A stretch of 64,000 nt of DNA, taken from assembly GCF_009914755.1 (NCBI RefSeq), contig NC_060947.1; one strand, given 5' to 3'. A model generated the notes under the pieces. The model did not search any database, was not told the origin of the DNA, and saw only the letters and a list, made by a program, of their open reading frames with translations. How positions within the stretch are numbered: position 1 is the first letter of the stretch; every line of letters begins with the position of its first letter. Below, one piece after another: positions 13,579-29,910 of the stretch. Made by a program: the position numbers and the translations under genes. The DNA comes from the human T2T-CHM13v2.0 reference genome, Homo sapiens.

Positions 13579-14255
13579 ATATTTTGTTATTTACCGGCAA
13601 TTTGAACTGCATCTGAATTTTTTATGGTTTCCTCCAATATCTGGCTGTGAGTTGCCAAATTAACATTTTCTTTTTTTTTCTCTCCAACCCTTCTGCATCA
13701 CTAAAATTAAAACTGTGTTTTCCTTGAAGCCTTACAAACTGACAAATAGACTCCAGAGAAATCACAATGATGGCATGTGTATGGATAACTTTTATGCTTG
13801 AAAACTCTGTCAGATTACCACTGTCTTCCCTGCTACAAGTGAAGATGCTTCAAACCCATTCCAGAAGTCTTCTAAACTCACTGCCCTCTAGACTCTAGAA
13901 AAACTAGCCTATAGACTACTTCAAACATTAATCTTTGTTTTTCTTCTGTTTCCATAGAAATGCCTCTTATTAAAGATCTGTTTGCTGCATCATATATACA
14001 GGCTGAGCTTTCTCAGTCCAATTGCAATGCCATCTCCTGAAATGAAACACAAGTGTTTAACTGAACTAATCTATTCCCAGGACTAAGAAACTGATTCAAA
14101 ACGGTATGAAACAGTATACTAAAATTTGTTCCTTTTTGCTTGTTCTTCCCTTTGCCAGTCTCTTATCTCATAACTTCTAACCCAAACTTTTCTATAGCTA
14201 CCAATTCTACTTTAATATGTACAACTTTCTGAAAATAAAGATTCAAATGGGGAAA

Positions 14256-14868
14256 TGAAACAAATATTTGACCCCAAAACATACTTCTGTAGCATATTTT
14301 AAGATGACTAATGAGAGGGGCTACAAATACAAAAGAATAGCTGAAAATCTGCATTTTGTGGAGGAGATTTGCATCTGTAGAGGAAATCTACATTAGTAAA
14401 CTGAAGTAAACAACAGATGCAAACATGTTGCTCTGAGCACCTACCTACTCACCATCTTAGATATAGAAAAGATTATCTAACAGGAAAAGGAGACTAAAGG
14501 TCTGTCAGAGAAACTTGTACCACAGGCTACCATCTTTTCATTTTTGAGAGATGCCACCTGTGAGGTTTTGTCTGCATAACAAGATGACCTTTGCTCTATA
14601 CCTTTTCCCTTCTCTCCCTTCCATAACCTGTCTTGCCATGCTCTAAGCATCTATTTTTTCTGTAACCTCAGGATGGTTATAAAAACTTCAGACATCTGAT
14701 CCCTCCTTTGAGCCTCATACTCTGTGAATGACTCCTGTGCCCACATGCATGTTAATAAATTGGTATCCCTTTTTTTCCTGGTAGTCTGTCTATTATTAGT
14801 TTGTTTTATAAACTCAAATTATTGAAACTTCAGAAAACATTGAGAAGAAAACTATTTTTGTCTCTGCA
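14256..14868 (+). mobile_element. MER34-family LTR (3' LTR of the upstream internal region)
   Basis: aatatttgaccccaaaacatacttc and ttttgtggaggagatttgcatctgtagag motifs; aataaa near 14754; preceded by a purine tract. Confidence 0.75.
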
Positions 14869-15739
14869 AAGTCAACTGATTTTCTTTCTGGAAGCATTCA
14901 TCTAATTACAATTCTAGCATTATGAGGTTGAAGGTATTCTGATATTTTATCAGACTTAACAACAATAATATTTCACACTGAATTAATGTTCTCTTGAAGT
15001 TATAAGAATTGACTACTCAGCACGTGGTGAATAACGTTCAGTTTTAATGTTCTTTGATGATGGAGCCGTCTCAGAATTCAAAAGCTGCTCACACGCCATT
15101 TAACATTGCAGTTAAATGGAATTACAATCAGCTTGAATAAAGCCCTACTGGAGAGAAGTTTTTAAATGAAGCAGTCATCATTCAACGCTATTGATTACAT
15201 TCTCCTTGGGGATTGGCTCCAGCTCTCATTTGTGGTTTCTCTTTTTAATACTTTGTAAAGCATTCTGCAAAATGAAATACACAAGTAATAGAGGGCTTAT
15301 TTTCTGGAATGTGTTAGCAGTTGTCACATTTTAGATTTATAAGTCACAGCACCATTCATTTTTCATATTACAGTTTTGAAATGGGCTCATTTCTTTGCAA
15401 TTTTATGCCAGAGTTAAAATGTCAGCTACACATCAATTCCAAAAATTCAAATGGAATTTGGTGGGAGTCACGGGAATTCTAAAGATATTGGTTCTGCTCA
15501 AGTCATTCTTCCAAAATATATTCTTCCTTTACCTCCACTGAAAAAGCATCCTCTAAGAGGATGGGGATTTCGCAATTTTAGCCTGCCTGAAATTAATTTA
15601 TTATTTAACCCTCATGGTTTATTCTCTCAAATCCTTGTTTTCTATTCTTATCTTCTTTTGATGTTTCTTCACATTATAGGGCATGTTAGTCACTTCCCAA
15701 GGCATAGTTTCTAGCAATGTATTAAAACACATATACATA

Positions 15740-16222
15740 TGTAGCAGGACGAGCCACAGACAAAACCCCTCAGACACCGAGTTGTAGAAGGAAGGGCTTA
15801 TCTGGGAGCATCGGCAAGCTACTGCCTTAAAATCCGAGCTCCCTGAGTGCACAATTTCTGTCCCTTTTAAGGGCTCACAACACTAAAGATTTTACATGAA
15901 AGGATCGTGACTGATTGAGCAATCTAGGGGATACGTAACAGGGGTTCATGCACTGGTAGTCAGAGAGAAACAGAAGAGGGCAGGGAGTTTCACAATGTTC
16001 TTCTATACAATGTCTGGAATCTATTAATAACATCGGTTTCTAAGTTATGAGTTGATTTTTAACTACTGGGTTTAGGCCAGGCAGGCCCAGGCCTAGTTTC
16101 GGGCCTGGTACCAGGCTGCCTGTCTTTGGTTTTACTTCCTTGTTGTTGTTGTTTTTTTCTTAAAAAAGGTACTGAGTATAAAACAATATAAAACAATATG
16201 AGAGGGTCTCTCTCTTCCCTCA
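15740..16222 (-). mobile_element. ERV1 solo LTR (LTR15-like)
   Basis: TG...CA termini; minus strand starts tgagggaagagagagaccctctcatattgttttatattg; TSD cata/tata; subfamily name is tentative. Confidence 0.7.
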
Positions 16223-16443
16223 TATACAGAGTTAGAAAAGTGTCTCTTGTATTCTCATCCTACAACCATAATCTCTCCCCTTCAACTCTGCTGGACGATT
16301 CTGTTGAGGGCCTTTCAAGTTGACAAAATAAATATTGAAAGTTTGAGAAAGAGAGGGTGCACATTAGTTGCCACAAAATTTACATGTGTCATTGAGAATG
16401 ATCTTTCTTCCTAGCTGGCAGCTCTTCCGAGTGTGTTTGTAAA

Positions 16444-16777
16444 TAGTCATTTGTTGCTTAATGATGGAGATATGTATTGAGAAATGCATTGTTAGTTGAT
16501 TTCATCATTGCACAAACATCATACACAAGCCTAGATGGTGTAGCATACTACACACCTAGAATATACGGTATAGACTATGACTGCTAAGCTTACAAATGTA
16601 CAGAATGTTACTGTACTGAAAATTGTAGGCAATTATATCATAATGGTAACTATTTGTGTATCTAAACATATTTAAACATAGAAAAGATAGAGCAAAAATA
16701 AAGTATTATAATCTTATGGGACCACTATTATATGTAGTCCCTTGTTGACTGAAACATTGTTATATGGCACATGACTA
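16444..16777 (+). mobile_element. Tigger3a/MER7-type TcMar MITE
   Basis: Terminal inverted repeats agtcat...atgact; diagnostic ctagatggtgtagcatactacacacctag and aatcttatgggaccac. Confidence 0.85.
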
Positions 16778-17540
16778 TATTTGCATGTGTATCCATACAT
16801 TAATTCTTCACACACTGGATGTACACTCTATTCAGAGCACAGAGTTAGAAAGTTAGATGCTAAGGAGCAAAAATGATTCAGACAGAAATAATATTTTCAA
16901 GGTGGAATCTTCTTTTTAATACCTATTTGGTATGGGCAATAATTACTATAAGTGTAGATACATAGAATAATCTCGGATGGTAAGTAATAAAGAAAATTGA
17001 TGGCATTGCATTGGACCTTAAAGGATGAGTAGATGTCAAATAGATGGAAAAGATGGTATTTCAAAGATAAATAACTGTATGAGCAAACATGCAGGGAGAG
17101 GTGGAAGCACTATTGGCAGTAAAGACATATGTCTGATAACATTATGGGGTTCACTTTGAGGAGCAGGAACAAATAGAACTGGAAAGATAGACTGGAAACT
17201 GTAGATGTTTAAACACAAAGATGAGTCAGCCCTCATTAAGACAGGCTGTACCTTGAGAGTTTCATCTCCCGAACGAATGAGAAATGGAATTGATCTTGTA
17301 GCTTGAAATTCGGTATTTCTTATGTCTAGGAAAACTTGAACCACACTTGCCCACTTAGTAAGTTTTTAAAATCTTTATATCTAGGATACTGTCACGGTTT
17401 TCTGATTTAATCTACAATAGCTCTTGTTGTAATTAAAGTTCTGCTGTGAAGCATGGTCTGCTTGGCTGATCCCTTCCTTCTAGGGACTGCACCTAGGATT
17501 CTTTTTTTAATTTAGGACTTATGTTGACTTTTGGTTTAGT

Positions 17541-20500
17541 ATTTTTATTTTTTTAATTTTTTGTGGGTACATAGTGGCTGTATATATTTATGGGGTACAT
17601 GAGGTGTTTTGAGACAGGCATGCAATGTGAAATAAGCACATCATGAAGAATGAAGTTTCCATCCCATTAAGCATTTATCCTTTGAGTTACAAACAATCCA
17701 ATTACACAGTTTAAATTATTTTAAATTGCACAACTAAGTTATTGTCAACTATAGTCACCCTTTTGTGCTATCAAATAGGTTTTATTCATTCTTTCTAACA
17801 TTAATTTTTTGTACTTATTAACCATCTCCATCTCCAGCCCAGCCCACTCTACCCTTCCCAGCCTCTAGTAACCATCGTTCTACTCTCTACTTCCATGAGT
17901 TCAATTGTTTTGATTTTTAGATCCCACAAATTATTGAGAACATGCAATATTTGCCTTACTGTGCCTGGCTTATTTCAGTTAACATAATGATCCCCAGTTC
18001 CTTCTACATTGTTGCAAATGACAAGATCTCATTGTTTTTTATGGCTGAATAGTACTCTGTTGTATATTATGTACCATATTTTGTTCATTCACTCATCTGT
18101 TGACAGATATTTAGGTTGCTTCCAAATGTTAGCTATCGTAAACAGTGCTGCAGCTGTAGGAGTGCAGATATCTCTTTGATATACTGATTTCCTTTCTTTT
18201 GAGTATATAACCAGCAGTGGGATACTGTATCATATGGTAGCTCAATTTTTAGTATTTTGAGGAACCTCCAAACTGTTCTTCGTGGTGATTGTACTAATTT
18301 ACATTCCCACCAACACTGTGCAAGTGTTCCCTTTTCTCCACATTCTCACTAGCATTTGTTATTGCCTGTCTTTTGGATATAAGGCGTTGTAACTGGGTTG
18401 AGATGATATGTCATTGTAGTTTTGATTTGCATTTCTCTGATGATCTGTGCTGTTGAGCACCTTCTCATATGCCTGTTTTCCATTTGTATGTCTTGTATTG
18501 AGAAATGTCTATTCAATCTTCTGCCCATTTTTAGATAGGATTATTAGATTTTTTCCCATTGAATTGTTTGAGCTCCTTATATATTTGGGTTATCAATCCC
18601 TTGTCAGATGGATAGTTTGCAAATATTTTCTCCCATTCTGTAGGTTGTCTCTTCATTTTGTTGATTGTAACATTTGCTGTGTAGAAGCTTTTTAACTTGT
18701 GATCCCATTTGTCCACATTTGCTTTGGCTGCCTTTGCTTCTGGGGTATTGCTTGAAGACGTTTTGGTCCAGACAAAATGGAGATTTTCCTCAATGTTATC
18801 TTGTAGTATTTCCATAGTCTAAGGTCTTAGATTTAAGTCTTCAACCCATTTTGATTTGATTTTTGTATATGGCAAGAGATAGGGATCTAGTTTCATTTTT
18901 CTGCATATGGATATCAAGTTTTCCTAGCACAATTTATTGAAGAGAATGTCCCTTCCCCAGTTTATATTTTTGGCACCTTTGTCAAAAAGGAAGTCACTGT
19001 TGAAGTGTGGATTTGTTTCTGGGTTCTCTATTCTGTTCCTTTGGTCCATGTGTCTGTTTTTATGTCAGTACCATGCTGTTTTGTTTACTATAGCTCTGTA
19101 GTAAAATTTGAAGTCAGGTAATGTGATTTCTCCTTTTTTTTTTTTTTTTGCTTAGGATAGCTTTGGCTATTCTGGGCCTTTTGTGGTTCCATATAAGTTT
19201 TAGGTTTTTTTTTTTTTCTATTTCTGTGAAGAACGTCATTGGTATTTTGATAGGGATTGCATTGAATCTGTAGATTGCTTTGGCCAATGTGTCCATTTTC
19301 ACAATATTGATTTTTCCAATTTATGAGCATAGAATATTTTTCTATTTTTCAGTGTCCTCTTCAATTTCTTTCATAGTTTTTTTTTATTATAAAGTTTTAT
19401 AGTTTTCATTATAGAGATCTTTCACTTCTTTGGTTAATTCCCCAGTATTTAGTTTTCTTTTTAGGTATTGTAAATGGGATTATTTTCTTGATTTCTTTTT
19501 CAGATTGTTCATTGTTGGCATGTAGAAATGCCACTGATTTTGCATATTGATTTGGTATCCTGCAACTTTACTGGATTTATTTACAGGTTCTAATTGTTTT
19601 TTTTTTTTTCTTTTTCAGAGTCCTTAGGTTTTTCCAAATATAACACCATATTAGCTGCAAAAAAGGATAATTTTATTTCTTCCTTCCCAATTTGGGTGCC
19701 ATTTATAGCTTTCTCTTGTCTGATTGCTCTAGTTAGAACTTCCAGTACTATGTTGACTAACAGTGGTGAAAATGGGCATCTTTGTTGTGTTCCAGATCTT
19801 GGAGGGAAGGGCTTCCATTTTTCCCCATTCAGTATGATATTAGGTCTGGGTCTGTAATATATGGCTATAATTATGTTGAGGTATGTTCATTCTACCCCCT
19901 GTTTTTTCAGGACTTTTATCATAATGGCATGTTGAATTATATCAAATGCTTTTCTAGTATTAGTTGACATAATCATACAATTTTTCTCCTTCATTCTGTT
20001 GATATGATGTATCACATTGATTGACTTGCCTATGTTGCACCATCATTGAATCCCATGGATAAATCCCACTTGGTCATGATGAATAATCTTTCTAATGTAT
20101 TGTTGAATTTAGTTTGCTAGCATTCTGTTGAGGATTTTTGCATCAATATTCATCAGAGATATTGGCCTGTAGTTTTCTTTTTTTGATGTGTTTTTGTCTG
20201 GTTTTGGTAGAAGGGTAATACTGGCCTCATATAATGCATTTGAAAGTATTCCCACCATTATTTTTCAGAATATTTTGCGCGGGCGTTACTGGGAAACTTA
20301 AGTCTCGCAGTAAAGAAAAGCCTGGGACCTGAAGGTTTCACAGATGAATTGTACCAAAAATTTAAAGAAGAACCTCTCTCTTGCCGTATACAAAGACTTA
20401 TGGCTTATTACAACTTTGACCTCATTACTGTTGTTGTTCAGGTTTTGGATTTCTTCATGGTTCAATCTTGGTAGGTTTTACGTATGTAATAATTTGTCCA

Positions 20501-22078
20501 TTTCTTCTAGATTTTTCAATTTATTGGCATATAGTTGTTCATAGTAGCCACTAATGATCCTTTGAATTTCTACAGCATCAGTTGTAACGTCTTCTTTTTC
20601 TTGTCTGATTTTATTTATTTGGACCTTCTTTCTTTTTTTCTTAGTCTGGCTAAAGGTTTGTCAATGTTGTTTAACTTTTCAAAAAACCAACTTCTTGTTT
20701 CATTGATCTTTTATATTTTTTTATTTCAATTTTATTCATTTATCTTCTGATCTTCATAATTTCTTTTCCTCTACTAAATTTGGGGCCTGATTTGCTCTTG
20801 CTTTTTTAGTTCTTTAAGACACATTGTATTGCTTATTCTAAGTTTTTCCTCATTTTTGATGCAGCTACTTGTAACTATAAACTTCCATCTCAGTAGTGTT
20901 TTTGCTGTATCCCATATGTTTCGGTATGTTGTGTTTCTATTATCATTTCTTTCAAAGAATTTTTCAATTTTCTTCTTAATTTCTTCATTGACCTACTGGT
21001 CATTTGGGAGCATATGGTTTCATTTTCATATATTTGTGTAGTTTCCAAAATTCCTATTGTTACTAATTTCTAGTTTCATTTCATTGTAGTCAGAGAAGAT
21101 TCTTGATATTACTTCAAATTTTTGAATGATTTAAGACTTGTTTTGTGACTTAACGTATGTTTTATCCATGGGAATAATCCATGTGCTGGTGAAAAAAATG
21201 TATATTCTCCATCCATTGAATGAATGAAATCTTCTGTAAATATCTATTAGATCCATTTGCTCTATAGTGCAGATGAAGTCTGATGTTTCTTTGTTGATTT
21301 TCTGTCTGGAGGATCTCTCCAATGCTGAAAGTGGGGTGTTGAAGTCTCCAGCTATTACTGCACTGGAACTTATCTCTCTGTTAACTTCTAATAATATTTT
21401 CTTTATATATTTGGGTGCTCCAGTGTTGGGTGCATATATATTTAAAATTCTTATATACTTTTGCCTAATTGACCCCTTTGTCATTATATAGTGACCTTCT
21501 TTTTCTCTTTTGATTTTTGCCTTGAAATCCATTTTGTCTGATATAAGTATAGCAACTTCTGCTCTCTTTTGCTTTCCATTGGCATGGGACATCTTTTCCG
21601 GTCCCTTTATTTTTATCCTATGTGTGTCTTTATAGATGAAATGTGTTTCTTGTAGTCATCAGGTCAATGAGTCTTGTTTTTCTCATCCATTCAGCCAGTC
21701 TATATCTTTTGTTGGACAGTTTAGTTTATTCACATTCAATGTTATTATTGATAAGTAAGGGCTTACTCCCACCATTTTGGTATTTGTTTTGTGATTGTTT
21801 CGTGGTCTTCTCTTCCTTTTTTCTTTCATTCCTGTCTTCCTCTACTAAAGATGGTTTTCTCTGGTGATATGATTGAGTTTCTTGACTTCTTTGTGCGTGT
21901 ATCTATTGTATGTTTTTTGGTTTGCGTTTATCATGAGGCTTGCATATACTGTCTTATTACCCATTATTTTAAGCTGATAAGAAGTTAACACTATCTGCTA
22001 CAGTGCACAAAACAAACAAGCAAAACAAACATAAACAAACAAGCAAAAGAAAACTAATAAAAACTTGACTTTGAACTC
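17541..22078 (-). mobile_element. L1MA (L1MA2-4-like) 3'UTR, ORF2 and inter-ORF region; left part of an element split by the L1PA4
   Basis: Minus-strand ORF2 fragments (endonuclease NIYAPNTGAP...AGDFNTPL at 21131-21592; [11 protein letters not shown]) and L1MA 3'UTR. Confidence 0.9.
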
Positions 22079-23108
22079 GGGGGGGGCGGTTCCAAGATGG
22101 CCGAATAGGAACAGCTCCAGTCTATAGCTCCCAGTGTGAGCAACACAGAAGACAGGTGATTTCTGCATTTCCAACTGAGGTACTGGGTTCATCTCACTGG
22201 GGCTTGTCAGAGAGTGGGTGCAGGACAGTGGGTGCAGTGCATTGAGCATGAGCTGAAGCAGGGCGAGGCATCGCCTCACCCAGGAAGCACAAGAGGTCAG
22301 AGAATTCCCTTTCATAGCCAAGCAAACTGTGACAGACAGCACCTGGAAAATCGGGTCACTCCCACCCTAATACTGCACTTTTCCAATGGCCTTAGCAAAC
22401 AGCACACCAGGAGATTATATCCTGTGCCTGGCTCAGAGGGTCCCACGCCTGTGGAGCCTCGCTCATTGCTAGCACAGCAGTCTGAGATCGAACTGCAAGG
22501 CAGCAGTGAAGCTGGGGGAGGAGCACCCGCCATTGCTGAGGCTTGAGTAGGTAAACAAAGTGGCCGGGAAGCTGGAACTGGGTGGAGCCCACCACAGCTA
22601 AAGGAGGCCTGCCTGCCACTGTAGACTCCACCTCTGGGGACAGGGCATAGCTGAACAAAAGGCAACAGAAACCTCTGCAGACTTAAATGTCCCTGTCTGA
22701 CAGCTTTGAAGAGAGTAGTGGTTCTCCTAGCACAGAGTTCGAGATCGAAGAATGGACAGACTGCCTCCTCAAGTGGGTCCCTGACCCCCGAGTAGCCTAT
22801 CTGGGAGGCACCCCCCAGTAGGGGCAGACTGACACCTCACACGGCCGGGTACTCCTCTGAGATGAAACCTCCAGAGGAACGATCAGACAGCAACATTTGC
22901 CGTTCAGCAATATTCGGTGTTCTGCAGCCTCCGCTGCTGATACCCAGGCAAACAGGGTCTGGAATGGACCTCCAGCAAACTCCAACAGACCTGGAGCTGA
23001 GGGTCCTGACTGCTAAAAGGAAAACTAACAAACAGAAAGGACATCCACACCAAAACCCCATCTGCACATCACCACCATCAAAGACCAAAGGTAGATAAAA
23101 CCACAAAG
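22079..23108 (+). promoter_or_regulatory. L1 5'UTR internal sense and antisense promoter; YY1 site aagatggcc at ~22094-22102
   Basis: Position and motif are those of the primate L1 5'UTR; many CpGs have decayed. Confidence 0.7.
22312..22533 (-). CDS. L1 ORF0 (antisense 5'UTR ORF), open, 73 aa
   Basis: MAGAPPPASLLPCSSISDCCASNERGSTGVGPSEPG...IRVGVTRFSRC matches primate L1 ORF0; cat at 22531-22533. Confidence 0.75.
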   Translation of the reverse strand: MAGAPPPASLLPCSSISDCCASNERGSTGVGPSEPGTGYNLLVCCLLRPLEKCSIRVGVTRFSRCCLSQFAWL

Positions 23109-24124
23109 ATGGGGAAAAAACAGAATAGAAAAACTGAAAATTCTAAAAATCAGAGCGCCTATCCTCCTCCAAAGGAACGCAGCTCCTCACCAGCAATGGA
23201 ACAAAGCTGGATGGAGAATGACTTTGACAAGTTGAGAGAAGAAGGCTTCAGACAATCAAACTTCTCCAAGCTAAAGGAGGAAGTTCGAACCCATTGCAAA
23301 GAAGTTAAAAACCTTGAAAAAAGATTAGATGAATGGCTAACTAGAATAACCAATGCAGAGAAGTCCTTAAAGGACCTGATGGAGCTGAAAACCATGGCAC
23401 GAGAACTGCGTGATGAATGCACAAGCTTCAGTAGCCGATTCGATCAACTGGAAGAAAGGGTATCAGTGATGGAAGATCAAATGAATGAAATGAAGCAAGA
23501 ACAGAAGTTTAGAGAAAAAAGAGTAAAAAGAAACGAGCAAAGCCTCCAAGAAATAGGGGACTATGTGAAAAGACCAAATCTACGTCTGATTGGTGTACCT
23601 GAAAGTGACAGGGAGAATGGAACCAAGTTAGAAAACACTCTGCATTACGTTATCCAGGAGAACTTCCCCAACCGAGCAAGGCAGGTCAACATTCAAATTC
23701 AGGAAATACAGAGAACGCCACAAAGATACTCCTCAAGAAGAGCAACTGCAAGACACATAATTGTCAGATTCACCAAAGTTGAAATGAGGGGAAAATGTTA
23801 AGGGCAGTCAGAGAGAAAGGTTGGGTTACCCACAAAGGGAAGCCCATCAGACTAACAGCAGATCTCTCAGCAGAAACTCTACAAGCCAGCAGAGAGTGGG
23901 GGCCAATATTCAACATTCTTAAAGAAAAGAATTTCCAACCCAGAATTTCCTATCCAGCCAAACTAAGCTTCAAAAGTGAAGGAGAAATAAAATCCTTTAC
24001 AGACAAGCAACTGCTGAGAGATTTTGTCACCACCAGGCCTGCCCTACAAGAGATCCTGAAGGAAGCACTAAACATGGAAAGGAACAGCCGGTACCAACCA
24101 CTGCAAAAACATGCCAAATTGTAA
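23109..24124 (+). pseudogene. L1 ORF1p, frameshifted near 23790
   Basis: MGKKQNRKT...ARHIIVRFTKVEM, then in another frame MLRAVREKG...YPAKLSF...QKHAKL. Confidence 0.95.
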
Positions 24125-24187
24125 AGACCATCGATGCTAGGAAGAAACTGCATCAACTAACAAGCAAAGTAAAAAGCTAACATCATA

Positions 24188-28001
<3,814 letters not shown>

Positions 28002-28237
28002 ACAATGAGAACACTTGGACACAGGAAGGGGAACATCACACTCTGGGGCCTGTTGTGGGGTGGGGGAGGGGGGAGGGACAGCATTAGGAGATATACCTAA
28101 TGTAAATGACGAGTTAATGGGTGCAGCACACCAACATGGCACATGTATACATATGTAACAAACCTGCACGTTGTGCACATGTACCCTAGAACTTAAAGTA
28201 TAATAAAAAAATAAAATTTAAAAAAATGCAAAAAAAA

Positions 28238-29608
28238 CCAACCTTATCTTTGTCACTCAGCTTTTTAACTTTCTGTTGTTTCTATTTATATCTTATTGTA
28301 CTATGTCTTGAAAAGTTGTTGTCATGGTTAGTTTTGACTGGTTCATTATTTAGTCTTTCTACTTATGATAAGAGTAGTTTACACACCACAGTTGCAGTGT
28401 TATAATATTCTGTGTATTTCTCTGTACTTTCTATTACCAGTTGATTTTGTACCTTCAGATGATTATTTATTGCTCATTAATGTTCTTTTCTTTCTGACTG
28501 AATTACTCTCTTTAGCATTTGTTATGGGACAGCTCTGGTGTTGGTGAAATCCCTCCACTTTTACTTTTTTTGTCTTTTGTTTGTCTTGGAATGTCTTTAT
28601 TTCTCTTTCATGTGTGAAGGATATTTTCACCAGATATACTATTCTAGGGTGAGAGGTTATTTATTAATTTATTTATTTTTCTGTTAGTACTTTAAATATA
28701 TCAGGCCACTCTCTCCTGGCCTGTAAGGTTTCCACTGAAAAGTCTGCTGCCAGATGTATTGGAGCTGCTTGGGCCTCACAAGGGAGGGAGGGAGCTAGGG
28801 CCTGAACGAGGTCCTCAGGACCCTGATGGGTACCCTATCTTGCTGTGGCTGAGTTGGTATCCTAGGTGCAAGACAAAGTTCTCCCCATTCTTTCCTCTCC
28901 TCTCCTCAAGCAGAAGGAAGGGGTCTCTTATGCAGCTGAGAGCTGTGAAGCCTGGAATTAGCAGAGGGGTGATGACAGCACTCCCTTGGCTGTTCCAGCT
29001 GGTGTCTTAGTATGTCACACCCTGCCACCGCTGCCACCCCTCCACCCCCACCCCCAGTCCACTGTGCCTGGGCCTAATTCAGCAATTCAGCACTAGGACT
29101 CGCCTAAGAGTTGCAGTTTTTGTGGCCTAGACTGCCTTTCAAATTTACCTGGAGACAGAGAGCACCATAGCCCTTGGTGGCAAGGTTTGTGGGAACTCAA
29201 GTTCACACTACTGGGATCAGAGATTCCCCTCTGTCTGGGGCTGGTTTAAATGCTCCCTCCATGATCAGGCATCAGCTGAGTTTGTTCTGGTTTTCCTTTC
29301 TATTTTAACAGGACATGACTGAGTTCAGTGCTTCACAATTGTGTTCTCCTTCCCCCAGTACCCAAAGACTCTCTCTCTGCACCACCATGCCTTTGCTGCA
29401 GGGAGTCAGGGAGGGGTGGCATCAGTGATTCAAGACTATTTTTAAAACCAGGTACTATGAGTACTCAATTGATTTTTGGTTCTTATGAAGGTGTTCTTTC
29501 CGTGTAGATAGTTGTTAACTTGGTGTCCTTGCTGATGGGGGTAGTGGGGGGGCAGTGCAGGGACTGTCAGTGGAGCTTTCTTTTTCACCATTTTGCTCTG
29601 CCTCCCCT
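28238..29608 (-). mobile_element. L1MA 5' part (ORF1 remnant and 5'UTR), continuation of 17541-22078
   Basis: cctggcctgtaaggtttccactgaaaagtctgctgccag (antisense ORF1) and a 5' terminus ...ccattttgctctgcctcccc. Confidence 0.8.
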
Positions 29609-29761
29609 ACAGTCTCTAATTCTTCATAGAAGCCATTTCTATAGTTACTTTGGTTCCTGCTTCTTCCTCTCTGCTACTAGTTTCCTGCTGTGGTACTCCC
29701 AATTGAAGTAACACAAGATTAAGCTCTCTGTCTTAGAATGGACTCAGATTTATAGACAACA

Positions 29762-29910
29762 GAACTAAAGTCGTAGAATGCCAGAACTGTAAAGGACCTT
29801 ACAGTTATTTCAGCAAGTCTAAGCCCTTCATTTACAGAGGAGGGAATCTAAGGCCCAGAGGATTTTAATTGACTTGCTCAATCACTAATTAGTAAAATAA
29901 CCAGTTCCTA
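29762..29910 (-). mobile_element. MIR
   Basis: cccttcatttacagaggagggaatctaaggcccagagg core. Confidence 0.7.

Larger units (their letters stand above)
7410..14255 (+). mobile_element. ERV1 MER4-group internal sequence (MER34-int-like), non-coding, first ~1 kb apparently inverted; interrupted by an L1PA7 and an LTR8
   Basis: AT-rich non-autonomous ERV1 internal motifs (aggaccctgacaagtactct, ttttgcaacaggatacaattggagac, gaaaagttccagcaaa) running into a purine tract (aaatggggaaa) and an LTR. Confidence 0.65.

Noticed and set aside
8376-14255. Captured env gene similar to ERVMER34-1/HEMO
   Set aside because: No long ORF or env motif; this is AT-rich non-coding internal sequence
28046-28077. G-quadruplex-forming G tracts
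   Set aside because: Standard feature of the L1PA 3'UTR, not locus-specific
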